Source of the DNA: Phallusia mammillata
Lineage: Eukaryota
Direction of reading: 5' to 3'
Assembly (NCBI GenBank): GCA_965637545.1
Contig: OZ281494.1
Location: 14,074,001-14,138,000 of the forward strand
Length of the DNA: 64,000 nucleotides
Both the position numbers and the translations under genes were made by a program. Shown here piece after piece: positions 36,666 through 49,124 of the stretch (position 1 is its first letter; each line of letters opens with the position of its first letter). The notes beneath the pieces are model-generated. The model saw only the letters and a program-made list of their open reading frames with translations, was not told where the DNA came from and did no database searches.

Positions 36666-39600
36666 TCAAGACTTGCCTGCAAAAACGATAAGGTAATTCT
36701 AAGAAAGAGAGGCAAAATTAAAATATACAACCATACAGGCAAAAAATAGAGATTTTTTTCATAAATAAAATACACATTTGAAGTTCAGCCACATATCTTA
36801 TGTGTGTGTGTTGACCATTTCACACTGATCATGTTCAGGTAAGTTATTTTTAGGCCTGAAATTTTACAACAATAGAAAACCCGGTACTGCTTTGAACGTT
36901 CGTTTAAACCAGGGGCGTGCAACATACGGCCCGCAGGCCAGTGTCCGGCCCGCGGCACCTATTTTCGTGGCCCGCGGCACCTATTTTCGTGGCCCGCGCA
37001 GACTTCAAAGTACTCTTAAATTAATATGAATACTTTTTACTGTTAGAGCATGGAATGTTGCTATTTGGACACCATCACTGGTATTTTTGACTTTATAAAA
37101 CGTCACACTGTGACGACATATTCCCATTGTTGCATCATAGTGTGCATTATGACAGAACTGCCTTTCTAGCAATGATTTAGTAACATGATTTATAGGTGCA
37201 GTAAATATATTGACATTTATTCTACGAAAAGGTTAGCAGATATTCCATTGATTAAAAAGTACTCAACGAGTAACTTGATTATGTGCGCTTTGCTATTAAA
37301 TAAATAATAAGTTTCAAAAAAAGATATGTGTTGCTTTATTGTCTGGCCCCCAGCATCATTTTAACTGTAAATTGTGGCCCACAGCGATAAATAGTTGCAC
37401 GCCCCTGGTTTACACTGTATGCTCAGTTCTTACCTTCATCATAGGATTTTAACTCTCGTGGTTTAGGCATATCTTCCCCATCCACTTTGTCATTAACATC
37501 TTCTTTCTTATCATCTGGTATATCATCCATATTTGGTTCGATTTTAACTACTTCGGAATCAGCCAAATTTTTGTCAACGTTCCTCTTTGAAAGTTTATCA
37601 TTCTCTTTGGCTACAACATTTTCTTTTCTTGGTTCCTGAAAAAGTAAAGATATTTGTTGAACCATGCAAAATGCACATCAATTACCAGACATACATTTGC
37701 TCCTACAAACAAACAGTCTAACTGTCAAGAGCAAAGGCTAACTCAAACATTAGCTGTTGAGTAACTTCTTAAGTTGAGGACATTTAGAGTGCAATTGGTA
37801 GACAAATAGTACAAACCTAGGCATCAAATCTTTTTTTCTCGTAGCATACTTAAGGAAGTAGTAAAAATACAAACCTAGATTTTCCTCATTTTCTCACCTG
37901 AACAACAGGCTTGATTTCAGGTTCAAGGGCTTCTTGTTTTCCCAGTTGTTGTTTCACTTCTTCTCTTTTAACTGGTTCTTTTTCAACAGGATTTTCCTTT
38001 GGTTTCTCCACTTTGATGTTATTTTGAACGTCACTATTTCCCACAACCTGTTTTACATTTTGTTTTGGCTCCTCCACAAGTACTGGCTTTACAGGGTCTT
38101 TCACTGCATCAACCTTTGGGATGACAGGTTCAACTTTCTTATTTTCACCATCCTGGGGTGGTTGCTTCTTTTCTGGTGCATCCACACCTTGGGGCTTATC
38201 CTGACTTTCCACTTTTCCATCCTCAGATTCTACATGCTCTTTTAAATGTTGTTCTTGTAAGGCTTGAAGCAGATCACTTTGTTTTTGAAGAATTTCTTGT
38301 TGCTTCTCTTGCTGTGCTTTGATCTGCATTAGAAGTTCTTCTTCTTTTTTATCACCATCACCATCCTGCTTTTTTACATTATCTTCAGAATTAGATGGCT
38401 CTTCTCGCTTTGCATCCTTGTTGTCAACCTGTTCCTGTTGATCAACTGGGAGTTCTCCAGCACCAGCAGGTACTTGATTAGGTTTTTCTCCTGCTTCATC
38501 ATTGTGTTTGACTGAAGGTATTTCCTCCTTTTTGACAGCAGGTGGATCTTTATCCTTCTCTGCAACATTAGGTTGAAGATTTTCAGCATTTACTTTCGGA
38601 CTGTCTTTAACTTCTTCCTTTGGAACCTCTTCTGGTTTTTCATCCACTGTGTCAGGTTTGTGGTCAATGTATACAGGCTCAATGGGGTTCGCAGGTTCAT
38701 GTCGATGCTCATTTTTTACCGGTTCACCTTTAGGTGCTTTTGATGGTGGTGGCTTATCAAGATCAGGTAATGGATTTTCAACATTGGCAGGTGCATCAAC
38801 GTTTAATGTATCATCATGGGCCTGATGACCATTGAATGAATCCTGTTTCGCAACCTCTGGTACAACCTCAGGTTGAGCAGTGAGGTTTTGATATGTGCAG
38901 AATATGAGCAGAAGACAGCCAACCGCAAATACAAATCTTGTAATGAAAGCATCTGCCTTGGCATAAGCCTTAGAGTAGATAATTGCCGGAAAAATGAAGC
39001 AAATAAAAGACCCCATTGTTGCACCAGTCAGACCCAGAATTGTTTCAACATTGGGAATAAAAATTGCCACTGTCATGGTGGACAAAACAATGCAAAGTGT
39101 GATGACTTTGAAAGTAAATGGCTCTATGTAAGTTTTAGAAGGGACTCCATCTGACTGGGGCTGCTTGAAAAATAGGGTATAGATACTTTGTCTGCAAGGA
39201 AATATCATGAGAGGAAAGCCAATTACAACTGACCCTGCAAAACCAAACTTTATTGCCTCAAGCAAAAATGTGTGGGGCAAATTCTGCAAGACATTGCCAT
39301 AAACTGAATCTTGAAATGTTGTATAACCAAAGACAGCAACAAGGCAGTATACTGTAGTAACAATCTTAAGAGCTCCAGATACTATTGATTCCATTCGCAT
39401 GACTGAAGCATCTTCAAGAGAATCATAAACCACAAATAACTGACACTGGCAAGCATAAGCTAAACTAAAGATAGGAAGACTTTGAAAAATACCAGCGGGA
39501 CGGAATAACTCAATTTTTGTCAGCCAGTCAAATGTTAAAAGGCCATTTGACACTGATGTTATAAACATCACTAGGACAAACAGACAGTAAAATATCATGG

Positions 39601-40051
39601 AGAAGAATCCCATGAACCCCAACACAGACAAGTTCTTCATCAGGCCGAGTGGAAGCGCAATACACAGTCCACAAAACACCAGAACAAACGTTCTAAGTTG
39701 AACTTGAGATGCTTCAACATAGTTGGATAAAATTCCAGTAGCTAAATCACCAATAATGACATAAAATGCCACACAGGTTCCCAACATGAGCCCAATCATG
39801 CTTAGCTCAACAGCCAACTTTCCACTGGGTCCCACAGCATGGTAGGCTAAATATTCATATGTTCGTCTTCGCTTGATTACAGCTGAGGTCACAAGCATAC
39901 TGCATGATACATAAGTAAGCCACGAGGCCCCAAGTAGCAAACCAAGTCCAAGCAACAATCCACACTGCTTCATACAGTATGGCATGGCCAAAACACTGAC
40001 CCCAATAATGCTGTTTACCAAATTTGCAATACCTGGTGCATTCTCCTCCAT
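36666..40051 (-). CDS. SLC38A10: Sodium-coupled neutral amino acid transporter 10 (~788 aa)
   Basis: Aa_trans domain (NLVNSIIGVSVLAMPYC...FSLAYACQCQ...LGLTGATMGSFICFIFP) plus the long acidic, Pro/Lys-rich coiled-coil tail typical of SLC38A10. Exons 40051-37898, 37635-37434, 36676-36666, or an unspliced stop at 37423. Probable non-coding exon ends at 40498, with an acceptor at 40120. Confidence 0.92.
36910..37407. mobile_element. hAT (Charlie-like) MITE, 498 bp
   Basis: TIR CAGGGGCGTGCAAC / GTTGCACGCCCCTG; 8-bp TSD GTTTAAAC / GTTTACAC; subterminal ggcccgc repeats. Confidence 0.9.
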
Positions 40052-42257
40052 GGTGAGACTAAGACTGAGAAGTTACAAAGTTTCAATTTTTAGATATATT
40101 TGATTTGAAAACAATTAACCTGTGGCTGTTAAATGTAAAAAGAAATTAACAGCTGTAAAAGTCACTAATTGTTAACCAAAAGATAATAATACCAGTTACT
40201 TTTGTATATGGTATAATGGTTATAGCTATAGGTAAGACTAAAAAAGCATTGTTTGTTTTCTGCAGTCTGCTCTGCACATTACTAAAAAAATCCGTAATGC
40301 ATTTTATACAAAAAAATTCAATAGAACTTGTTAGTATAAAACCTGTTAGTATAAAAATCAAACAACCAAACGTACATTAAAGCCTTAAGAGTTCAGAAAG
40401 CCTTCTTAAAGTACACGCTCGTTTGATGAGAAAAAAAAAAACAAATAAAAAAATGATACAGCTGACTTGCTTCAACTTTTCACATCGTTTCATATACCTG
40501 TCATAGAAATCTACCAAAAACTACATTTACACCGAATCAGTAAACGGCGGCGAAAAAATCGCGATTGAAATACGCCCATGCCAAAATTTACACGCATTTT
40601 TAAGACTATTTCTACAACGAACTTACACACAATCTCTCTGGAAAAGTAAAGGAAACCACCGGGCGTGACAAAAACTCCGTATTTACGTTTTGAGTTTCTA
40701 TTTCTACTACCAGACTACTTATCGAACATCCACGTTGGGACTATCATGGCAAATAAAGAAACAACAAAAATAGTTAATAAGAATATCCTTGTTCCAACGT
40801 ACACGACCTCTATATTAAACGAATGATGCTGTAGTAGTATTGTACCGAAGCCTCACAAAAGGTTTGGGCCGAAACCGAATAGCCTATCCGACTAAACAAT
40901 TTTGCCCGAATCAGGCCGAACTTAAAAATCTTTTTCAAAAAGATGATTTTAACTGAGCTCTGTGTTGTTGGTACGAGTGAACTGATTATGATAGGTTTAC
41001 TTTTTGAGCATGAGGTGATTCAGGTGGGACGCCAAATTTCCTAGATTTTTAAAGGAACGCAGTCTACAAGCCACGATTTACAAACAGCACAGGCATTTTT
41101 TATTGTCGCAATCTTTTTTCAGATCGGATCTAGAAAGCTATACTGCATATTTTTTCTAGCAGTAAGATATTTAGCAGATTTATCCAAGATAATGACAGTG
41201 TATTTTGTTGTAGGTGATTCTACCCGCCAAGGTCTTGTAGCGTCCTTTGTGTAATAAACGTCGACACAGGAGTAGCCTACAGGCCGTGATCGTGCAAGTG
41301 ATGTCATTTCGTACATTTGTAATAACAATAGTCGTCATTTCATTAACAGGATGTTTCCTCATGTTCATCGATCAACAAGAAAGGAAAGTTAGACGGTAGG
41401 TGACGGAAGAAAGTTTTTTATTCACTGCATTCTAAATGTCATTTTTTTGCGACTGCTGCGATTTTAAAATTCATTGTATTCAATCATATAAACCCCATGC
41501 TATGGCTTTTAGTTAAACTGGCTAACCATTTTCAAACTTTCTATTGTAGAAAGACGTTTTCAAGATTAGCGGGCATGAAGCACCTAAATCAGACAAATAA
41601 TGCACAACGGGCAACCAGAACAAAAAACCCTAGTATTCCAGAAGCAAAATTGGCAAACTACATTCACGAGCCAACATCACCATTCAAGTTGACATGCGAC
41701 AACGTGAAATGTATGCAAGGGCGAAGTGAGTGTTTAACATGTACCTAGTAGAATTTGACACCAATTTACTGCAGAGGAAAAGTAATAACTCTAATTTACT
41801 ACAGGTTCCCTTGATTCAAAACAAAAATCGTTTCACATATTTCGAGATCCTTTGGTCCTTGGACATACCAAAGCGAAATAAAACCTATAGTTAACAAGTA
41901 GACGTAATTGATCCCTTGCGAAAAGATTCCCACAACAACGTGCATTATAAATTTATATTACTTTCGTAACATTACTTTGTGTGGGAATGTTTTTCAGGTC
42001 GTCACAAATAAGACTAAACGTCACAGATAAGACTAAAACAATAATGAAATAGTACGCAAACAATCTCTTTTTTTGTGAAAGGACCAAACAGTTGTACATA
42101 GTATTTCGACCGTTGTACATAGTATTTATATTTCACCAAATGTTTTTGGCATCTTCAGTTCCTGTGGGCGAATACAACAACGAAAAATTCGTTTCCCACA
42201 AGGTATAGCGTTGTCATCGCGCAGCAAGTAAAATAATTACCATCACACTATACCACT

Positions 42258-42390
42258 GGGCAGGAACTTGGCCGAATGGTCAGGCGCGCCTGGCCCATAT
42301 ACAGACAAAGCCCTGATCGGGATTCTTCCCCGGAGTGTCCTGGTTTCGAACCCCGCGAAAAAAAACTCGGTTCGAACCCCGTGAAAAAAT
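42258..42390 (+). mobile_element. tRNA-derived SINE, copy 1 (duplicated 3' end)
   Basis: A box TGGCCGAATGG, B box GTTTCGAACC, A-tail, then a second GGTTCGAACCCCGTGAAAAAA; homologous to 60715-60833. Confidence 0.8.
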
Positions 42391-43009
42391 AACACTACAC
42401 GAGGGGGCGCCAACCTTCACCACTCTAAGAGCCATTCGGACCAATTTCACATTGCAAAAAAACGCTGGAATCCACAAGCCGTTTTGAAAATTGAAATAAA
42501 AAGCAACTGCAATACGACTTCATGTCTCACGACTTTCGACGTTTTGTTGTCAGTTAGTTTATTGCATATTAGGCACACTTGGTAAACCCGTCTTGTCAGC
42601 AGTAAAAGCAAATTAAATTCCCCACACATACGTATAGTGCTATAGCACTGAATGTTATGTTTTCTTCAGACGTTGATTTTTATTTATGTGTCAACACGTA
42701 TCATTAGCCAAATGTTAACCAACAGGTATTGTTGCGCGCGCGCACACACTACAATCCGAAGCAGTAACCTAGATTTGTGTGTTCACCTGCGCGACGCCAG
42801 TTTGTCTCTTTTGGGCTTCACGTTTCAGGGCATTGATGCGGTTGTAGTTACTAGAAGCAGGTTCGCTCGGGTTATTGCACTGCAATTTTCATTTTCGATA
42901 TTTTGTTCAGGATAATCGTCACAGAATTTGTAATCAAAACAGTTGGTAATTTCAAAAACTGATCCACATCAGAGGAATCAAAGGGGCTCCGGAGCGGCTA
43001 GTTGGCGAC

Positions 43010-43264
43010 CATGGGCGCCGCCACGTGGGGGCAAGAGCACTTGCCTCCCCTTGGAATTTCAGTGTACCTCAATTTAACATATTTAGCAGCAAACCTAATT
43101 AAAGTGGCAGCGCGGGGATTCGTGACATGGTTTAATGCTTTAACTTTTAGGCAACTCAATTGTGAAGTACATGATTTATGGCTTCATATGTAACAAATTC
43201 TTGATGCGGTAAAGGATCAGCCAAAATTTGCCCCCTCTTGCAAAATTTTCTGCCGGCGCCCATG
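43010..43264. mobile_element. hAT-like MITE, 255 bp
   Basis: TIR CATGGGCGCCG / CGGCGCCCATG; perfect 8-bp TSD TTGGCGAC (43002-43009 / 43265-43272). Confidence 0.9.
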
Positions 43265-44288
43265 TTGGCGACTGTGCAATACACCAACATGACGAAGCCG
43301 CGCTTTTTCGCCATTACGAATAGATACATATGTCTTCATGCGCTGGTTGATAATTCGAACATAGCACAATGTTATTCGGTCATTTTTGCAGAACTACCTG
43401 TGTTCCAAAATTTAGACATGGCACAAGCAAAGTGGTTAGCTTTGACCAACGCCAAAATAAACATCCAGCGCATGATTTTGACGCGTGTTCGTTAAATCCA
43501 TTTTCCACGCGTTTCGATTAACCTAATTACTTTTTTATCGTTTTCTCTTTCTGTTTTGGAACACACCTGCACCAGACGTGACAGTCTGCCAGTAAAGTAA
43601 GTAAAGGGTTCATCGTTCACTCTGGAAAGTTTCTTTTTTTACTATTTTATTGTTTTACTATTTTAGCGCTTTATATAACTGTGTTGCATTTGCTCACAGG
43701 AACTGCAATGCAAAAAAAACATTTGGTGAAATATATATTCTGTAAAAAAATGCTATGACAACGACGGCCGATTCTGTTTGGCCTAGGGTTTTGTACACTG
43801 GGTTTTGGATTATAAGACTGTAAAAATACATTTTGCTTCTCGCGGAAATCGCTTGGCGGACCCCTAAGAAACCGCACACCCCAATTTGAGAACCGCTGCT
43901 TTAAAGGTTGATCGAATCTGAATAACAGACCGCGAAAAGTTCTGACTTATTAAAAAGAGGCTTCTTTGAGGACTTTCACCAGAAAAAATATTACACACTT
44001 GAATTCACTACTAAGGCCATAATGTAAGTCGGACCACCTAATATTTATTTTCAAAAAGTCGCACTGAGTTTAACCTAACTACGTTTTTGAACATATGTGA
44101 ATGTGGGGTGTGTTCATGGCGTATTGAACATCCGGTGCTGGGTCTGTGTGTCAAATTCTTCATTGGGTCTCTTTTTCGAGTTCGGGTCTGAATATGGAAA
44201 CCGCTTGCGAGTTTCGAACATACAAACTTTTAAAACACTAAACTTTACATGTCTTTAAACTGCATAAACTCTTTACAATAACCAACAG

Positions 44289-45524
44289 GGATCTCATGGC
44301 GGATGGTAATTCTCGTCAAGTCAACTGCACCGAACTTTTTCCGACGTGAACTTATCCGTCGAACATGGGGTAAATGGTGTTACGTCGAAGGTGGCTTGCT
44401 TCGAGTGATTTTTGTCATTGGTAAAGCGGGCGACTCGAGAACAGCAGATTTACTGCACGAGGAAAGCCTAAGAAATGGCGACATATTGAACTACGACGGA
44501 CCTGACAACTACGGGTAATTTCACCATAGGTTTTCTGAACAATAAACTTACTCTTTTAGGATACATTTACTGATACATTGTCACAGTATTGTTGCCTTGA
44601 CGACGGTTGTTAATTCAAACGGTATATTATTTAGCAAACACCGAGGTTATTTTTCATGAAATTTACTTTCAGTCTGTTTAGTTGCAACTAAATACTGTAC
44701 CACAAAATGTTGTAAAAAAAGGAAGTAGTTTTATCACTTACGTACAACATATGGGTTGTTCTGGTGTATTTAAAATCGGTTAACAGTACATAGAGCTTGG
44801 TAAAATGATAAACGAAGGTTTATTGATTTGTAGAGGCACGTTATTTAAAAACGCTTTTGATCGTCCGCATTGAATGAGCCATTTAACTTTTTTTTACCAT
44901 GTTCTGTGCCCGTGTTGTTATTCATACCAGCGTAAAACAATGTACAAATTAATTTGCAGTAACATTGCAATTAAAACTTTGACGGGAATGCGTTGGGCGG
45001 CGGAAAACTTTCCAGACAACTACCTATACTCTTCAGCAGACGACGATTTCTTAGTGGATCTTGGTGCTTTACAGGCAGCGGTAGATGAAAACGAGCATGT
45101 ATTTGGTGTCAACAGCCAATCAGGATTCCCAATTATCTGTAACTACGGGCTACTGGTACTGCCCCCAGTGAACCGAAATCCCAAAAGCAAGTGGTACATT
45201 TCTAAAGACGAGTACGGATGGGACACTTACCCACGCTCGTGTCGTGGCGGTATGTACACAATGTCAGTGGGACTGGCACACCGTCTTTGGTTGAAAGCCA
45301 CTGACTCGGAAGCACCGTTGCGTGTCGATGACGTGTGGATCACGGGCATTCTACGTGAAAAACTGTTCATGCCCGCTGAAATGGTAGTGAAGCCCAAAAA
45401 ATCGATCGCCATACATTTCACTGGTTACAAAGGCAAACGAGCGAATAACATTCGGACTTTTATGAGTAAAGATTGGACAAGGATTTATATTAAGTTTCAA
45501 CATAAATATATGTGTTTACGTTAA
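44289..45524 (+). CDS. Beta-1,3-galactosyltransferase-like (GT31) copy 1; catalytic exons intact, 5' exons apparently disrupted
   Basis: Exons 44289-44514 (VKS..NFFRRELIRRTWG...GDIL) and 44960-45524 (KTLTGMRW, ADDD, SKWYI, YPRSCRGGMY, DDVWITG); same intron positions as copies 2 and 3. Confidence 0.85.
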
Positions 45525-45564
45525 AGCGTTCAATTAAGCGCGATGTGGTTCTGTTGTTTTAAAA

Positions 45565-46073
45565 CAGTGGTTCTCAAAGTATAGGTCGCGTTATGGTGAT
45601 TCAATTCTGCCCAAACGAACTTTTTTCATTTCATTTTTAAAGTATTTTTATTCGTCCGTCATGACTAAATTCTTACATTATAAGCATTTTATGTGGCTTC
45701 ATCTCAGTAACCTGGAGTATTGCATCATAAGTGGTTTTCTGAGAATTTTGATGGCAGCCAGCTGCAGTACAGCCATAGCCAACTACAGCCTCAATTGACC
45801 AAGTTGTACAGTAGCCGACCTCAATCGACGAAGTTGTACAATAGCCTTCCAATTTTACTGTTACGCACACGGCGATTGTAACGTCATACGACGGGAAATA
45901 ATAGGACAAGTTAATCATGCGAAACTGAACTTGGAGATGTAACAGTTAGCGTTCAAGGATGAGTAAGTATTCGTAAAAGGGTAAAAAAAATTTTTTGTTG
46001 TTTAAGGCTTGGGTCGTGAGATGTTTATAAAACTCAGATTTGGTCCCGCTCAAAAAAAGTTTGAGAACCACTG
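45565..46073. mobile_element. hAT (Charlie-like) MITE, 509 bp
   Basis: TIR CAGTGGTTCTCAAA / TTTGAGAACCACTG; 8-bp TSD TTTTAAAA on both sides. Confidence 0.9.
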
Positions 46074-46734
46074 TTTTAAAATGTCGCTAGTCATTTAAAT
46101 AAGGTGATTAACACTTCCGCCACTCTAATTGCATTTTATCACTGAAGCAGTTACTTAAACAAGCGATGGTTTGAGATAGATTGTACAGTAAACATAGGTT
46201 TGTCAAAGTTTGCTCAAAAAACTTTTTTAGGATTATATTACTGCTATTTATAGGTTTGCACACAAAAAGACGGTTGTTGGTTTGTTTCACAGTTCTGTAC
46301 GATATAATTTAAGTAAAGGAAGCAAAAGAAAAACATACAAAGTACAAGCTCGTCGCTGGGAAGGACCTTGCTGTCATGATTCCAGTATGTAACTTGTGGT
46401 TTAATGTAAAGCTAAAAAACATCATCTTTATACGCAGTTCTTAGCTCGGTCTGCTAGGAGGTATCGGTCTACGACGTACAGTATTGGACTTATATATCAG
46501 GCGGTTTATGTTTGCAGTTTAAACTGAACGATCTAAACTTACCGGTAAGTTGTTTCCTGGACGAATAGCTAAGGAACAGACAATTTTTTGTGTTAAATAG
46601 TGTTAGAGAAATGTTTTTGCAAATTGCTGACTAAATGTAAACCAAATTTTTGATTCCATCTAAAAAAATACAATTTTATAAAAAGGAAAGTTTATTTTGC
46701 TTACTTCAGCAAATTTTGGCACGTTGCACGAACT

Positions 46735-47256
46735 GGTAGAGCTACTGACGCGGTGCCTCCTAGGGGTAGAGCTACTAACACTGAGCATTGGCTTACGCCC
46801 GGTCTGAGAACTTCTGGTAGGTGGCGCAACAGAGCATATGCGTTTATGGTGCTGTTACAGCAATTTGGGTTTATGGTAAGAATAATTGCTGAGTCAGCAC
46901 CATAAACGCCTATGCTCTGTTGCGCCACCTACCAGAAGTTCTCAGACCGGGCGTAAGCCAATGCTCAGTGTTAGTAGTTTTACCCCTCCTAGGAGATCCA
47001 AAAGTGCTTAAATTTCGATAGGTGGCGTAAAGAACTGAATTATTTATTTAGCGGCTAAAGAGGGTTGGTTTAGGATGCAAATGTTTAAAAATTTTGCATT
47101 AGTAACTAATTTTTTGGGTTAGTTTTATTGAATTTTAAATGCTAATACCTTATCCCGACCCTAATAGCCCTAACCGTTAGCATTTTTTGAGATATACCGT
47201 TTTAAAAATTAGGCACTTTTGGATCTCCTAGGAGGCACCGCGTCAGTAGCTCTACC
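46735..47256. mobile_element. Merlin/Mutator-like MITE (outer element of a nested pair)
   Basis: TIR GGTAGAGCTACTGACGCGGTGCCTCCTAGG(AGATCCAAAAGTGC); perfect 9-bp TSD GCACGAACT (46726-46734 / 47257-47265). Confidence 0.92.
46765..46984. mobile_element. Foldback MITE, 220 bp, inserted in the left TIR of the previous element
   Basis: ~101-bp inverted arms around an 18-nt loop; 9-bp TSD CCTCCTAGG (46756-46764 / 46985-46993). Confidence 0.93.
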
Positions 47257-47750
47257 GCACGAACTTGGCCATCAATTCGTCTAAGTCAGTGTGCAGAACG
47301 GTTTTGCTTCACTACATTCTTTACCTTTTTACGACTACCTTTTAAACCTAATTCCATTGTGCCAGTTAGCCTGTCTGATGCCAAATTGCTGGTTCGGAAA
47401 TGCAGTCGCTCAGAAAACTTTGTTAGATTTTAATGGTTGGGAATGAATATGTTTCACAGCTATATAATTTTCACCAGAAGATTGCGGTTTTGTCAAAAAC
47501 AGTTATCGAGGGAAAGTATTTGGTAATAGCAAAGTAATTTGTACTAAAGGACTTGGATTTGCGATTAAAGCCACAAAAGACCATTGAAATAGTACTTTAT
47601 TGTTTTCAAAGAAGAAAGGTACAGAAAATAATATTTTCGAAAGTTTTAAACTGTACTGTATGCATAACATTTGTATTCCCGTGCAGGTTCGAAACTGCTA
47701 TTGTTTAGGACTTTAGGTGGAAGTGCTTAACCAGCATATTTACTGTAGCC

Positions 47751-48059
47751 CAGGGGTCGGCAACCTTTTTGGCGACGCGTGCCAATTTACTTGTTATTTC
47801 CATGTGTTAATGACCTCGCGTGCCAACGTTTTTCAAAATAATTGTGGTTCGTGCCAGCAGATATCAATAATAAAGAGAAAGCAGAGTGTTTTGTGCATGT
47901 GAGGCTAAATTTTAAGACATCGGCATGATAAAAAGCATAAACAAGCAGTGTAACAGGGTAAATTGTTACTTCATATGAACACGCAAATCGGTTGGCGTGC
48001 CATGAAAAACCACCTTGCGTGCCAACCTTGGCACGCGTGCCAAGGGTTGCCGACCCCTG
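47751..48059. mobile_element. hAT (Charlie-like) MITE, 309 bp
   Basis: TIR CAGGGGTCGGCAACC / GGTTGCCGACCCCTG; perfect 8-bp TSD CTGTAGCC; repeated gcgtgcca motifs. Confidence 0.92.
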
Positions 48060-48107
48060 CTGTAGCCTATGTACCACAATGCCGTTTTTTTTAAAAAAAG
48101 AGTTTAA

Positions 48108-49124
48108 CCCTTTAACTGCCAAAAAATGATGTTTAGACACGTTCTTGCTCTTTTAGGTTTTATGCAAAATCGATAGAAGATAGGCAAAAACTTTCTTGGG
48201 GAAAGTTGTTGGGTATATAATTTTCTACAATTTAAAGATAAAAATTTTTTCGATGACGTCATCACCTATGAAATGACGTCATTTTAATTCTATTTTTTCA
48301 TGAAATTGCCGTTTATTGACGTTTTTCGTTACAATTATTAGTTACAAGTTGTTTCACAAACAATTCGTTACAAAATTTTATCTGTGTTATTTTGATTACG
48401 TCATTAATTAGCTCATGACGTCATAATCAATAATTTCAGTTGCTTATTTTACAGTATTAAATGATAAAATTAATTTCAAGCTGAATTCAGCTGAACACAT
48501 CTCAAATTGTAAACAAAGATCGCCGCAACACGCGCACAAAGCCCTGAAATCAACTCCAAACAACTGTATGTGAATCAACCAAGCGTAAAATATCAAAAAA
48601 CGGCTCAAAAACAAAAATTAAAAAAAAACTTGTTTTTTTCTGAATTTTCACTTTCTCCTTAGTGTAATTAATTTTTTTCAAATACTAACATATCATTTTT
48701 TTCGAATAAATTGAAGCCAATATGCATAAACTTTCCAACGCACCCCAGTTGGAAAAAAAATTCGCACTAATATGATTTTTATCGCTGTTAACAACGAGGC
48801 ATGTCTCCATGGGAAGAGCTACTAACACCATAACTCACTTGACACCCAAAGTCGATTAGGGGGCGTAAAGAGCTGAATTTTTTATTTAGCGTCTATAAAT
48901 GGGTTGGGTTGGGAAATAAGTTTTTAATTTTTTTACATTAGTAACTCATTTTTTGGGTTAGTTTTATTGAATTTTAAGTGTTAATACCTTACCCCGACCC
49001 TAATAGCCCTAACCGTAAGCATTTTTGGAGATATAACCAAATCGACTTTGGGTGTCAAGTGAGTTATGGTGTTAGTAGCTCTACCGTCTCCATGCGCATT
49101 TATGCGCCCCTGGCAGTTAAAGGG
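48108..49124. mobile_element. Non-autonomous piggyBac element
   Basis: TTAA|CCCTTTAACTGCCA ... TGGCAGTTAAAGGG|TTAA; no transposase ORF. Confidence 0.88.
48812..49085. mobile_element. Merlin/Mutator-like MITE, 274 bp, nested in the piggyBac element
   Basis: ~46-bp TIR GG(A/T)AGAGCTACTAACACCATAACTCACTTGACACCCAAAGTCGATT; 9-bp TSD GTCTCCATG; interior homologous to 47020-47200. Confidence 0.92.

Noticed and set aside
42128-43898. Short inverted similarity (42128-42165 vs ~43695-43735) and a lone hAT right end at ~43898
   Set aside because: Fragmentary, no left TIR or TSD; cannot define an element.
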